From positions 2,589 to 66,588 of the forward strand of contig CAZDTP010000003.1 in NCBI GenBank assembly GCA_964508365.1: a stretch of 64,000 nucleotides of DNA, given 5' to 3'. The notes below the pieces were generated by a model. It was not told the origin of the DNA and did not search any database. It saw only the letters and a program-made list of their open reading frames with translations. Made by a program: the position numbers and the translations under genes. Each line of letters opens with the position of its first letter. Position 1 is the first letter of the stretch. This stretch comes from an uncultured archaeon. GTDB taxonomy: Archaea; Asgardarchaeota; Lokiarchaeia; Sigyniarchaeales; SOKP01. This document shows, one piece after another, positions 1-10,142 of the stretch.

Positions 1-287
1 ATAAAATCTAAAATTGCTCTCAAAAAACATTAATCTTGATACTCAAATTTAAATAGAAGGTTTGATATAATCAGCTAAAAATATGTATATGTATATATAA
101 AACTTTTTCATATTTCGATATAAACCAGCTTTCTTTTTTCCTAAAAGCATTATCTTTTGCGTCGATCTAAAATTTTTTTTATAAAAGTGAAATATTATTA
201 AGCTCAAAAATCAAATAATTATAACTTAAATTATTTTAGAGTCTCTATAAAATGAGAGTTCTCAATAAATTAAGTAAGGTGTTTTAA

Positions 288-1673
288 ATGAATGAAAACG
301 AGAATAAAATTTCAACAGTGAACATGCTTTCCTATGGAACGGCAGATTTACTATGGCAAGTCTTTAACGGAATTTTTGGAGGATTTTTCTTTATATTCTG
401 GGAAGTTGTCGTAGGGTTAGATATTTTGATAGTAACTTTTGCGTATACCATATTCGCAGTCTGGAATATAGTTAACGATCCAATTTTTGGATATCTTGCA
501 GATCGTCCGAGAAAATTTTGGAGCAAACTTGGTAAAAGATACCCCTGGTTCGTAATTGGAGGCATACCAGCGATCCTGTTTCTTGCTACTATTTTTACTC
601 CACCTAATTTAGATCCGGTGGATGCCGCGTGGATTTATTTTTCTTGGATATTAATATCAACATGCCTTTATGAATTATTTTATACGATAACATCGTTGAA
701 CCATGCTGCTTTATTTCCAGACAAATTTCGCTTAGACAACGATAGAAGGAAAGGTGGTTTCTGGCGAATGCTTTTAGGTGTTCTTGGAACCGCAATTGGA
801 TTTATTATACCTCCACTTTTCATTGATATTGCTAATCCTTCCTCATTTGTTAGTATGGCATGGATTTTTGTGATAGTTAATCTGGTAATTTTTGGGGCCT
901 CCATTCCAGGACATCGAGAGAGTCAAGATTTAAAGGACCGATACAGTAGAGAGCAAGAAAATAGAGAATCTGTCTCGTTTTTCCACGCATTGAAAATCGT
1001 TGTAACCCACAAGAATTTCATGGTGGTAATTTTAGTGTTTTTAATGGATGGAATAATTGGAGCCAGTCTTACTGCTTCAATCCAATATGTTACTATATAT
1101 ATTCTTGGGGGGGAATCAAGTTCTGCTATATTGATACTTGCACCGTTTATCCTTGCAGTGGTAGTTTCACTTTTTCCCTGGTTGCTATTATCTCAGAAAA
1201 TGAAAAATAATCGGAAAATGTTGATTCTTGGCGTATTCTTGAACACAATAGGATTATTACCGTTTATGTTCGCCCAAACTACAATAGGTTTTATTATCTC
1301 TGCATTGATATTGGGAATTGGAGGGGGGGCACTTAGGATTGGGTCTAACCCCGTTTTAGCAGATGCGATTGACGAAGCTGTAGCTGATTCTGGGAAGCAC
1401 ATTGAAGGGAGTTTTATGGGAGTTTACACGTTTTTCATCCGATTTTCGCTAATTGCTCAGGGCTGGATATTTGCGATTACCCATACATTAACAGGTTTCG
1501 ATCCTAACTCAGCGACCCAATCAGAACTAGCAAAGTTTGGAATACGTATGCATACTGCATTAATACCGATGATCTTGACCCTCATTGCTCTTGTCGTTTT
1601 CGTGCTTGTTTACGATCTGAGACCTGAAAAAACGAAAGAAATCAAGGAGAAATTGAAAGAAATGAATTTATGA
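288..1673 (+). CDS. MFS/GPH-family (MelB-like) sugar:cation symporter
   Basis: About 12 hydrophobic helices; GPH motifs NDPIFGYLAD and GKRYPW; 461 aa. Confidence 0.85.
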   Translation: MNENENKISTVNMLSYGTADLLWQVFNGIFGGFFFIFWEVVVGLDILIVTFAYTIFAVWNIVNDPIFGYLADRPRKFWSKLGKRYPWFVIGGIPAILFLATIFTPPNLDPVDAAWIYFSWILISTCLYELFYTITSLNHAALFPDKFRLDNDRRKGGFWRMLLGVLGTAIGFIIPPLFIDIANPSSFVSMAWIFVIVNLVIFGASIPGHRESQDLKDRYSREQENRESVSFFHALKIVVTHKNFMVVILVFLMDGIIGASLTASIQYVTIYILGGESSSAILILAPFILAVVVSLFPWLLLSQKMKNNRKMLILGVFLNTIGLLPFMFAQTTIGFIISALILGIGGGALRIGSNPVLADAIDEAVADSGKHIEGSFMGVYTFFIRFSLIAQGWIFAITHTLTGFDPNSATQSELAKFGIRMHTALIPMILTLIALVVFVLVYDLRPEKTKEIKEKLKEMNL

Positions 1674-1684
1674 TTTAATTTTAA

Positions 1685-1694
1685 TTTTTTTTTT
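1685..1694 (+). terminator. Oligo-T tract after the MFS gene (archaeal-type terminator)
   Basis: T10 run just after the stop codon, between convergent genes. Confidence 0.45.
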
Positions 1695-1717
1695 CCACTA
1701 TTTATTTATTAAAATCT

Positions 1718-2371
1718 TTAAAGAAAATCATTAAGTTTCTTATTACGAAAATGTTTTTCTACTCCATTTTTCATTCCAGGTAATTCATAGCATTGATCCG
1801 GGATCATTTTCTTGAAATATTGCTTGTTCTCTCTTTCAGTTATGAATTGGGATTTATATAATGTTTCGAATATCTCTTCTCCGGAAAATTGGATATCTTC
1901 GAAGTAAGGTACTTTCCGGCGATCTATACTAATTTTTTCTACTACTTCTCCTAGGGATTGATGGAACTCACGAATTGCTCCTTTTTCGTCTATTACCCAA
2001 GTATCACGCGTTTGTTCGTTATACAAACAAATGACGCATTCTGGCCACCTTTCATGAAAATAGATCAAAACAAGATCAATAACATTATGTTTAAGTGATA
2101 CCACTCCCAATAACACACCACGATTGTTAATTTCCGTTCGTGTGAATTGTTTTGCCCGATAAGCCTCAGTGAATATTTCTCGCATCATTCGGTTGATTTT
2201 CTTTGCCATCTGAGTGCCAGAATTACGCAATATAGCTTCTGGAATCGTAATTATTTGTCGTTTTATCGCTGGAGAATATGAAGAATGACGGTGAAGATTC
2301 TTTAACAATTCTTCATGTGAATATCCTTTAGAACGTCCAATAACTTCCAAAGGGTCCTTTATTTTTGTCAT
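1718..2371 (-). CDS. DUF4130/TIGR03915-like putative DNA metabolism protein
   Basis: Overlaps the stop of the radical SAM-HhH gene (ATGA-type overlap), the usual partner arrangement; ERWP..IY motif. Confidence 0.65.
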   Translation of the reverse strand: MTKIKDPLEVIGRSKGYSHEELLKNLHRHSSYSPAIKRQIITIPEAILRNSGTQMAKKINRMMREIFTEAYRAKQFTRTEINNRGVLLGVVSLKHNVIDLVLIYFHERWPECVICLYNEQTRDTWVIDEKGAIREFHQSLGEVVEKISIDRRKVPYFEDIQFSGEEIFETLYKSQFITERENKQYFKKMIPDQCYELPGMKNGVEKHFRNKKLNDFL

Positions 2372-3705
2372 CTTCCTAATGAAATTTCTTTTATTTGTGT
2401 TTCCTTATAATCTTCGTTAGAAAAATTATGAAGCGTAGTTTGGCTATGACCATCTATTAAGATGTAAGGATCTGCTCTCTTTAAAACTACTCCTACAGCT
2501 CTTAAATCCTGTCTACGTTTAAAAGCGAATTTTTGAGCACGCAAATTGATTATTCTTTTAGCTGAGATTGGCCCAATTCCAGGAACTCGGAGCAATTCTT
2601 GGTAAGATGCTTCATTTGGGTTAACATGTCTATGTTGCTTAAAATATTCTCTTGCCATATGAATTTTTGGATCTCCTTGAGGTAAATTGCCTTCTTCTGT
2701 CACCACTCCTTCTATATCTTTTAATTTAAAGTGATAAATTCGCATTAACCAATCGCTCTGGTATAATCTATGTTCTCTTTCTAAAGGTGCAGCTTGTTTG
2801 TTTCCTAATGGAGTACCTTCGATTGGGATGAACGAGGAAAAATAAGCTCGCCTTAAATCAATTTTACGATATCCCCAGTCAATCCGTTTAAGTAAATCCC
2901 AATCCGTTTCGTGTTCTGCCGCTCCGACTACAAATTGGGTAGTTTGTCCGCAATTGAGTATTGGAGCTCCATCCCATCGAAATTTTTTATACCCATCGCT
3001 ACGTCGTTCCTTAATCATTTTTTCTTGTTCCTTCAACTGATTGTCTTTTTTTAAATCTTTCAAGGTTTTAAGAGCTTCTTCGTTATGCCTAATACGAATT
3101 TGCTTTAACCACCGTTGTCGAGTTATAATATCGTTGTAGTAATCTTTTTGTTCTGCGATTTCAGAGAGGTAATCCTTAGTGGAAGCTTCAGTATTAACTG
3201 AAATACGATCAGAAAGAGATATGGCATCTTTAAGTAAGTATTCGCTTACACCAGGTAGACATTTAAAGTGCACATATCCTCCAAAATTATATTTGTATCG
3301 AAGAAGTCTGATGGCTTCGAGCATTTCTTCTGTTGTTTGGTCGGCACTACCACAAACTGCAGAAGATATGAACACACCTTCCACCACATTCATCGAATAT
3401 AGTTTCATGAATGTACGGGCATATTCTTCGGGAGAGAAACTCATTTTATGCTTGCAGCTATGTGAAAAACAATACTTACAGTTATAGATACATTTATTAG
3501 TATATAGCGTTTTAAATAAACTCATACATCGACCATCAGGCGTATAACTGTGGCAAATACCCGCGCTTACCGTATTTCCGATCGATTTTTTTGGATCTCC
3601 AAAAAGATTTGGATATTTTTCAGTACGACTTGAGGCAGTACTAGCACATATATCGTATTTAGAATTTTCTCCTAAAACTCTAATCTTTTCTAATGTAGAT
3701 GGCAA
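2368..3705 (-). CDS. Putative DNA modification/repair radical SAM protein with helix-hairpin-helix (TIGR03916-like)
   Basis: KYDICAS, GICHSYTPDGRC, CxxxCxxC (CIYNCKYC), REHRLYQSDWLMR, LLRVPGIGP HhH motif. Confidence 0.9.
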   Translation of the reverse strand: MPSTLEKIRVLGENSKYDICASTASSRTEKYPNLFGDPKKSIGNTVSAGICHSYTPDGRCMSLFKTLYTNKCIYNCKYCFSHSCKHKMSFSPEEYARTFMKLYSMNVVEGVFISSAVCGSADQTTEEMLEAIRLLRYKYNFGGYVHFKCLPGVSEYLLKDAISLSDRISVNTEASTKDYLSEIAEQKDYYNDIITRQRWLKQIRIRHNEEALKTLKDLKKDNQLKEQEKMIKERRSDGYKKFRWDGAPILNCGQTTQFVVGAAEHETDWDLLKRIDWGYRKIDLRRAYFSSFIPIEGTPLGNKQAAPLEREHRLYQSDWLMRIYHFKLKDIEGVVTEEGNLPQGDPKIHMAREYFKQHRHVNPNEASYQELLRVPGIGPISAKRIINLRAQKFAFKRRQDLRAVGVVLKRADPYILIDGHSQTTLHNFSNEDYKETQIKEISLGR

Positions 3706-3833
3706 TTTATTAATCGATTAAGCAAAGTTGTTTAACTTTAAATTATATATAAAGAGATCTCTTGATGTTCACCTTATAAAAAGAGGGGGCATATTGAATT
3801 TTCAATTAAAGATTAGTCTTACAAAAAAATTCT

Positions 3834-4259
3834 TTATTTCAAATGATTTTTTAATTCTTTTAGAATATCCCCCCTTGTTTTTCTAAAATTTTCGCCTTTC
3901 TCTGCAAAAGTAGGGATATCCCCATGAGCAGGTTTATATGAATCCATTCTTATTCGAAAATGTGTGCGTATAATGTCTACAATTGCATCAGAATAATCCA
4001 TCCAAATCCCAGCTTCAATATTTTCGTTTAAAAGATCGAGCCAGAAAGTTGGAATTGAAAAAATTATTTTTGTGGTATTTGCTACTGATTTGGTAGAACC
4101 TATAATAGTAGTAGGTCTTCCTTCTTTATCCCATTGTTTAGCTGCTGAAATTGTGCCATAAGAGCATTTTTCATCAATTACAATGGAAGATTGTTTTTCT
4201 CTTTTTTCAAGCCTTTCAAGTATGCGTGTATATTTTTCCTTATCAATTTCTCTAGGCAT
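3834..4259 (-). CDS. Hypothetical protein with C-terminal ribbon-helix-helix-like segment
   Basis: IIFSIPTFWLDLLNENIEAGIWMDYSDAIVDIIR matches the CopG/RHH pattern; divergent from the ThDP enzyme gene. Confidence 0.55.
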   Translation of the reverse strand: MPREIDKEKYTRILERLEKREKQSSIVIDEKCSYGTISAAKQWDKEGRPTTIIGSTKSVANTTKIIFSIPTFWLDLLNENIEAGIWMDYSDAIVDIIRTHFRIRMDSYKPAHGDIPTFAEKGENFRKTRGDILKELKNHLK

Positions 4260-4273
4260 ATTAAACTCACCTA

Positions 4274-4325
4274 CTACTATAATACCTACTATTATATTTA
4301 AATATTTGTAGTAGAAAAATAGTAG
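4274..4325. promoter_or_regulatory. Four-box palindromic operator candidate in a divergent promoter
   Basis: CTACTAT (4274, 4286) and inverted GTAGTAG/ATAGTAG (4308, 4319) symmetric around the perfect palindrome ATATTTAAATAT (4294-4305). Confidence 0.6.
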
Positions 4326-4427
4326 AATTTTATTAAATCGTTTTTAATAATAAATATTCTTTGGATAAGCAAACTAAAATCTATTTTTAGTTTATCAGAT
4401 TATATGTAATAAAAACCAATAAATTAA

Positions 4428-6257
4428 ATGGAGTATAAAATGCCTAAGTATACTGGTGGAGAGATTATCTCCAAATATTTAATAAAGGAGGGAGTAAAAT
4501 ATGTTATCGGGATCCCTGGCCACGGAAATCTTCCCCTTGTAGATGCTTTCTTCAAAAATAAGGATAAAATTCAATTAATTCAACCTAAGCAAGAAATGTC
4601 TGGAGTTCATCTTGCAGTGGGATATTACAGAATCACTGGAAAGCCTTTATGTGTTTTTACATCAATTGGACCTGGTGCAATCAATACTGCAATCGGACTT
4701 GCTGACGCATTCGTCGATAGCATGCCCGTTTTAGTCATTACAGGAGATACACATGTACATATGAGAGGTAAAGGTGTTCTCCAAGAGATTGAAAGAAAAA
4801 AAGATTCAAGCATGCCCAAAATTTTAGAACCTATAGTAAAACGGAGTTTTGAAGTTGATACAGTTGGACAACTACCTACAATAATGCAAAGAGCTTTTAA
4901 TTATATGTTAACTGGGAGAAAAGGGCCAGTACACATTGATCTTCCTATGGATGTTCAAGCAAATGGTATCGATATCGAAATCCCCTTACCATTAGAAAGA
5001 AGATCCTCGGGAATGATTATGGGAGACCCTAACTTGATTAAAAAAGCCGCGGGTTTACTAAAAAAAGCTAAAAGGCCTGTTTTATTTATTGGCGGAGGTG
5101 CTATAACTTCGAATTCCAGTGAAGAAGTAAAACTTCTAGCTGAAAAGATAGGAGCTGCCGTAGTGGTTACGATGATGGGAAAAGATATTATAGACAACTC
5201 GCATCCCCTTTATTGCTGGTCAGCAGGATCGAAAGGTACTACAGTGGGACTAAAAATGACATCTGAAGCAGATGTTATTCTCGCTATCGGATGCAGATTT
5301 GCTGACGAAACAGCTAGCTCATATAGACAAGGCGTAAGTTTTTCTATCCCTCCTTCAAAATTAATCCACTTAGATATAGATCCCCATGAAATTGGCAAAA
5401 ACTACCCCGTATCTGTTGGAATAGTAGGGGATGCAAAAGCATGTTTACAACAGATTTTACACGAATTAAGGGATTATTCAATCGACTACATGAATACCAA
5501 CTACTTTAATGAAATACAAGAAGAGAAAAAGAAATGGTTTGAAATTCTTGATAGCTATACAGACGATTCTAAAGTCCCTGTAATGATATCGACCGTTTTA
5601 AGAGAAGTTCGCAAATTTTTCGATCGCGATGCCGTAATCGTAACAAGTTCTGGAAATGTTCAAGCTCAAATGTTACAGGAATTAGAGTTTTACGAACCTA
5701 ATACTTGTTTAACCGCTGGAGGGTTTTCAACAATGGGATATAGCATTCCGGCGGCGATAGGTGCAAAATTGGGTTCTATAGATATCGGAAAACAAGACAG
5801 ACAGGTAGTAGCTCTTGTAGGAGACGGTGATTTCATGATGACATTATCAGAGATATCAATGGCAGTACAACTTGGATTGGAAAAGATATTTTTTATTGTT
5901 CTGAATAACCATGGCTGGATTGCTATTAAAGACCTACAACAAACTGCTTTTGGTGAGGATAGAGGGTATGGGACTGCTTTCGAAGATAGCAACGGCAATA
6001 CTTACTCTCCTGATTTCGCTAAAATTGGTGAAGCTTTTGGCTGCTACAGTGAAAAAATTTCGAAGAAAGAGGAGATAATTCCTACTTTAGAAAGAGCTTC
6101 TAAATCTGGAAAGCCTTCTGTTATTGAAATTGAAGTCCAAAGACAATACCCTTATACCGGATCTCCTGCTGTAGGGTGGTGGGACGTACCAAGACCCGCA
6201 TATTTAGAAGAGCGAAGAAAAGTTTACGAAGAAGAGATTAGAGAAGAAAAATTGTAA
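4428..6257 (+). CDS. Thiamine-diphosphate-dependent enzyme (acetolactate synthase large subunit/IolD-like)
   Basis: GIPGHGN, SIGPGAIN, GPVHIDLPMDVQ, ThDP motif GDGDF...NN. Confidence 0.85.
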   Translation: MEYKMPKYTGGEIISKYLIKEGVKYVIGIPGHGNLPLVDAFFKNKDKIQLIQPKQEMSGVHLAVGYYRITGKPLCVFTSIGPGAINTAIGLADAFVDSMPVLVITGDTHVHMRGKGVLQEIERKKDSSMPKILEPIVKRSFEVDTVGQLPTIMQRAFNYMLTGRKGPVHIDLPMDVQANGIDIEIPLPLERRSSGMIMGDPNLIKKAAGLLKKAKRPVLFIGGGAITSNSSEEVKLLAEKIGAAVVVTMMGKDIIDNSHPLYCWSAGSKGTTVGLKMTSEADVILAIGCRFADETASSYRQGVSFSIPPSKLIHLDIDPHEIGKNYPVSVGIVGDAKACLQQILHELRDYSIDYMNTNYFNEIQEEKKKWFEILDSYTDDSKVPVMISTVLREVRKFFDRDAVIVTSSGNVQAQMLQELEFYEPNTCLTAGGFSTMGYSIPAAIGAKLGSIDIGKQDRQVVALVGDGDFMMTLSEISMAVQLGLEKIFFIVLNNHGWIAIKDLQQTAFGEDRGYGTAFEDSNGNTYSPDFAKIGEAFGCYSEKISKKEEIIPTLERASKSGKPSVIEIEVQRQYPYTGSPAVGWWDVPRPAYLEERRKVYEEEIREEKL

Positions 6258-6269
6258 ATTTCACATATC

Positions 6270-6833
6270 ATGCCTGCAATCGAAATAGATTACGAGGATA
6301 TATTTTTTGATCCTATTGTTCAAACAATGTGTGTTTCACCCAGTTTTACTTGTCCACATTACAATCATTCTCATAGCTGTCCGCCATCTGCTCCTTATTT
6401 AGAACAAGAACTTTCTAACTATAATACGTTTTATTTGATATACTCGAGATTTAATTTGTCAAAGTATGTCAAAGAAGAAAAAGTAAAACACCCAAATCGT
6501 AGCGAGCAGAGAATAAAATATTTTTATTACGTGAAAAATGTCTATAGGGACGATTTGAAAAAAGAAGTTGAGAATTTTGTAAATGATCTTGAAGATGAAC
6601 CCAAAGAAATACTATTATTATACGATGGTACGTGCAGAATCTGTCTCAACGATAAGGACAAAGGCTGTACTTTTGATTCTGGAATACCTTGTCGCTATCC
6701 TGATAAACAAATGTTTTCTATGGAAGCTATTGGGATTGAAGTAATCCGAACTGTTGCTAAGTTACAAAATAGAGATTTTGAATACCCCTCGAAAACATAT
6801 TCCTATCGTTTTGGTTTAGTTTGTATTAAATAA
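6270..6833 (+). CDS. DUF2284-family predicted metal-binding protein
   Basis: CPHY...SCPP, CRIC, CRYP, SMEAIGIEV motifs. Confidence 0.8.
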   Translation: MPAIEIDYEDIFFDPIVQTMCVSPSFTCPHYNHSHSCPPSAPYLEQELSNYNTFYLIYSRFNLSKYVKEEKVKHPNRSEQRIKYFYYVKNVYRDDLKKEVENFVNDLEDEPKEILLLYDGTCRICLNDKDKGCTFDSGIPCRYPDKQMFSMEAIGIEVIRTVAKLQNRDFEYPSKTYSYRFGLVCIK

Positions 6834-7021
6834 TAATTATAAAATTTGAAAATATGAAAATCGATATTTGATTATTAAATTGTGTGGAAATTGTCGGAAT
6901 AGGAACTAAATAGATATCTACTACTGTAATATTAATTATTTGGAAACTGCATAGATGTTGTTTAAGATTTTAAATAAAAGAAGAAAAATTAGAAATTTTT
7001 CTATTATTATATAGCCTTTGA

Positions 7022-7219
7022 TTAATGTTGTTCCTTAAATTTTTCAGAAGCAGGTTCTCCACCAATTCCCCAATGAGTTTTTGGAATTTCGTGAACAATT
7101 ACTTCTACAGCGTGTTGGGGGACGCCTAAGTCAACAAAGACTTTGGTTATGTTTAATATAACGTTTTTAACTCTTTCATCTCCAAAGCCCTTCCAAACAT
7201 TTACATGAATAATGGGCAT
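7022..7219 (-). CDS. 4-oxalocrotonate tautomerase family protein
   Basis: Catalytic N-terminal Pro (MPIIHV), WGIGG motif, 65 aa. Confidence 0.9.
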   Translation of the reverse strand: MPIIHVNVWKGFGDERVKNVILNITKVFVDLGVPQHAVEVIVHEIPKTHWGIGGEPASEKFKEQH

Positions 7220-7387
7220 TATTTCACCTCTAATTTGTATTATTATATGATAATGATATCAACCTTTTGATTTTACTTTTTTTTCATAAAAATAAAAAAA
7301 AAAGAAATTTACGAATACCAGGTTGCTAAAAATGACGAAAAAGGAGCGGAATGGGAACTAAATAAATACTTACTACTATAAAATAAA

Positions 7388-8914
7388 TTATTTGTAGATA
7401 GCGTAATTTTCGTCTAAGTTTTTCCTAAGGTTTTGCGAAAGATTAAATCTTTTAGCATAAAACTCAAAAATAATGTTGTCTATTGATTTCTGTTCTTCTG
7501 TATAATCGTAGGACAACTCTTTCTTCTTTTTTTCTATTATTTTTTTAACCAGCAAACTGACATCTTCGTGCGTTCTTTTATCTGGTTTAATAAAAGGTAA
7601 CGAGTGTATTCCAGTTAGTTGAATGCTATTAGTATTGTTTAAAATACCTTTAGATAAGTAGTTGTATAACGAACTATTCAATAATCCTAAAAAATATTCA
7701 ATTGAGATTGAACGATCCTTAACGATAAATCCCATTGCTTTATTAGAATCCCAATAACAACCCTCAGGCATATAACGCGCAGCTAATCTCGAACTAACAC
7801 CACTTATTACAATTCCTTCCTCTTTAAAAGGGACAGATTTAGGTATATCGTAAATTGAGATTGACTCTTGTTCCCAATCTAAAGCCTCCATAACAGGTCT
7901 ATAATATTGATCTCCTCCACCTCTTTTTAAATAAGGTTTCCATCTTCCCGATTCCAGATTGATTCTAGAAATGACTTTAAATTTATCGCTTTCATCATTC
8001 TTTCCGCGATTCTTTCTAAAAATCTTCGCTAATTCAGTGTCTTCAATCGCAGCAATGAATTTCTTATTGTTATGAGTATGCATTCCGATATAACCCTTAA
8101 TAAAAAGTTCTAGCTTTGGTGCGTTTTCAAACAAATCTAATATTTCGTCTTCAGCATTTATGAAAAATATGTTAAAAGGGAGCGATTTATACCTTTTCTG
8201 TTTGATTTCGGTTATTATTGGAGGTTTCCAATAGTCATCTTCACTTTTAATACGCGGGATAATTTTCATAATGTTATTATCCCGAACTTGCTCGTTCCCA
8301 TCTTTGGAACACTTAGTTAGAATAAGAATTACTGGGTAGGTGCTTACATTTTGCTTATCAAACAAGTTAATTGGTGCAAGTAAAATTTCATTTATAACGC
8401 AATTATTAAGAATAAAATTTCTTAATTTAGCATGTGTGTTTAGCGTTAAAAACGAATCGCTCGTAATAAAGCCTAATTTCCCACCCTCTTTTAACCGCCA
8501 TATACTATTTACTATAAACATTGAATATGTTTCGTGAGCGTTGATCTTTCCATAAATTTTTTTTAGTTCAGTTCTGTTTTTCCTCACGTAATTACTTGCT
8601 TTATTTAAGTAAGGAGGATTTCCAACAACAAAATCAAACTCCCCATGACATTCTGGATTTATCGATAATAAATTATCTAAATTTTTAAAGCGCACTCCCA
8701 ATTTTTCAATTTTTGTCTCATATGCAGGATCTATATCATAGGCATGAATTTGATTTCGATTTACACCTGCTTTTATTAATGTTTCAACAAAAATACCTGG
8801 ACCTACGCAAGGATCTAATATTTTTTGACCTTTTTTAATCGTACCTAATTTAGCCACTATGTATTCCGCGGTTTTAAGAGGAGTTAACACAACTCCCAAT
8901 TCCTTTTCCATCAA
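7388..8914 (-). CDS. N6-adenine DNA methyltransferase (Eco57I/TaqI-like, gamma class) with C-terminal TRD
   Basis: Motif I LDPCVGPGIF, motif IV GNPPY, LKEGGKLGFIT, YFLGLLNS. Confidence 0.85.
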   Translation of the reverse strand: MMEKELGVVLTPLKTAEYIVAKLGTIKKGQKILDPCVGPGIFVETLIKAGVNRNQIHAYDIDPAYETKIEKLGVRFKNLDNLLSINPECHGEFDFVVGNPPYLNKASNYVRKNRTELKKIYGKINAHETYSMFIVNSIWRLKEGGKLGFITSDSFLTLNTHAKLRNFILNNCVINEILLAPINLFDKQNVSTYPVILILTKCSKDGNEQVRDNNIMKIIPRIKSEDDYWKPPIITEIKQKRYKSLPFNIFFINAEDEILDLFENAPKLELFIKGYIGMHTHNNKKFIAAIEDTELAKIFRKNRGKNDESDKFKVISRINLESGRWKPYLKRGGGDQYYRPVMEALDWEQESISIYDIPKSVPFKEEGIVISGVSSRLAARYMPEGCYWDSNKAMGFIVKDRSISIEYFLGLLNSSLYNYLSKGILNNTNSIQLTGIHSLPFIKPDKRTHEDVSLLVKKIIEKKKKELSYDYTEEQKSIDNIIFEFYAKRFNLSQNLRKNLDENYAIYK

Positions 8915-8953
8915 ATCCTTTTGCTAGTGCTATTCTTATATTAAATCTCTAGA

Positions 8954-10123
8954 TTAAGTTTGGTTGTCAAAAGCTATTAAGTTTTCGATGATCATTTCGC
9001 ACAAATTCTTTAAAAGAGATATATCAACCTTATCTACGGTGTCGTGTATTGAATGTATGTATTCATACGATTCCATATCACCTATTCCAATCCCAAAAAA
9101 GTTTTTCTTTTTCAAATAGTAACCATCAGAATGGGTTCCAAAATAGATTTTTTTTGGATTTCTTTTAATTTTTATCCCCCGTTTGTTCTTTAAAAACATT
9201 TCAAAAACAGTTTCCACTTGCTTTGACATTTTTTTTCCCGGGAATAAATAAAGATTTCTTGCTATCGCATCAAAATTAAAAAAGAAAGAATCTTCCTTAC
9301 TAATCTTAGAAATTTTATAATAAAAGTTACGAATTCCCATAGTCCCACATTCTTCAGCTCCAGTAAACACAAACCATAAATGGAAATTGTCTAATCTTGA
9401 CTCTGGATTTGTATAATAGTTTAATAATTCGAGTACACATGCTATTCCCGAAGAGTTGTCAATTGCTCCTCTCGATTCATCATTAGTAGTATTTAATAAA
9501 AATAATATCGTGGTAATTAAGTTAATTCCTAAAGGAATGGTTCCTAACACATAGAGTAGTACATACAATGCAGGAAAAAGATAGTATCTACAGATTAAGA
9601 TAGAAATAAGTATTACGCATGAAAAAACCCATGTTCGTATAATTCGTACCCGTCCAAGAATCGAAAATCTTTGTCCTTTTGAATCTAAATGGCACATAAA
9701 AAATATGTTACTTGTGTTGCGTTCTTCTTCCTTTTTATCTTTCTCATTGTGTTTAGATCTAATTTTAACATAAAGATTTTCTGAATTTAATTTGTTTCTT
9801 ATTCTAATTTTTTCTGGTTTCCGCACAAGTAACAGTAAAACAACCATCAACATCGTTATGAAAACCAAAAAGAGGGGAATTATAATAGCGTCAATATCTA
9901 AAAATAACAAGAAAAGAATACCAAATCCTGAAATGAAAATAATTTTTGGATAGGTTCTACCAAAAAATGTGCTGAACATAAAAGTCTGACTCAGCGGATC
10001 GTGATTCAAATCTTCTACTTTAGAACGCGCTATGTTCAGTGCTTTCTTTTCACCATCTGTTCCTGATAATCTAGGAAAGGAAAATATTGTTAAGTTCTCT
10101 TTTAAACGTTTTTCATTAATCAT
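8954..10123 (-). CDS. Membrane-embedded M28 family Zn peptidase
   Basis: HLDS, GAIDNSSG, GAEECG, HSDG, HSIHD ligands plus TM helices. Confidence 0.8.
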   Translation of the reverse strand: MINEKRLKENLTIFSFPRLSGTDGEKKALNIARSKVEDLNHDPLSQTFMFSTFFGRTYPKIIFISGFGILFLLFLDIDAIIIPLFLVFITMLMVVLLLLVRKPEKIRIRNKLNSENLYVKIRSKHNEKDKKEEERNTSNIFFMCHLDSKGQRFSILGRVRIIRTWVFSCVILISILICRYYLFPALYVLLYVLGTIPLGINLITTILFLLNTTNDESRGAIDNSSGIACVLELLNYYTNPESRLDNFHLWFVFTGAEECGTMGIRNFYYKISKISKEDSFFFNFDAIARNLYLFPGKKMSKQVETVFEMFLKNKRGIKIKRNPKKIYFGTHSDGYYLKKKNFFGIGIGDMESYEYIHSIHDTVDKVDISLLKNLCEMIIENLIAFDNQT

Positions 10124-10142
10124 ATATTTACCCTATAAAATT

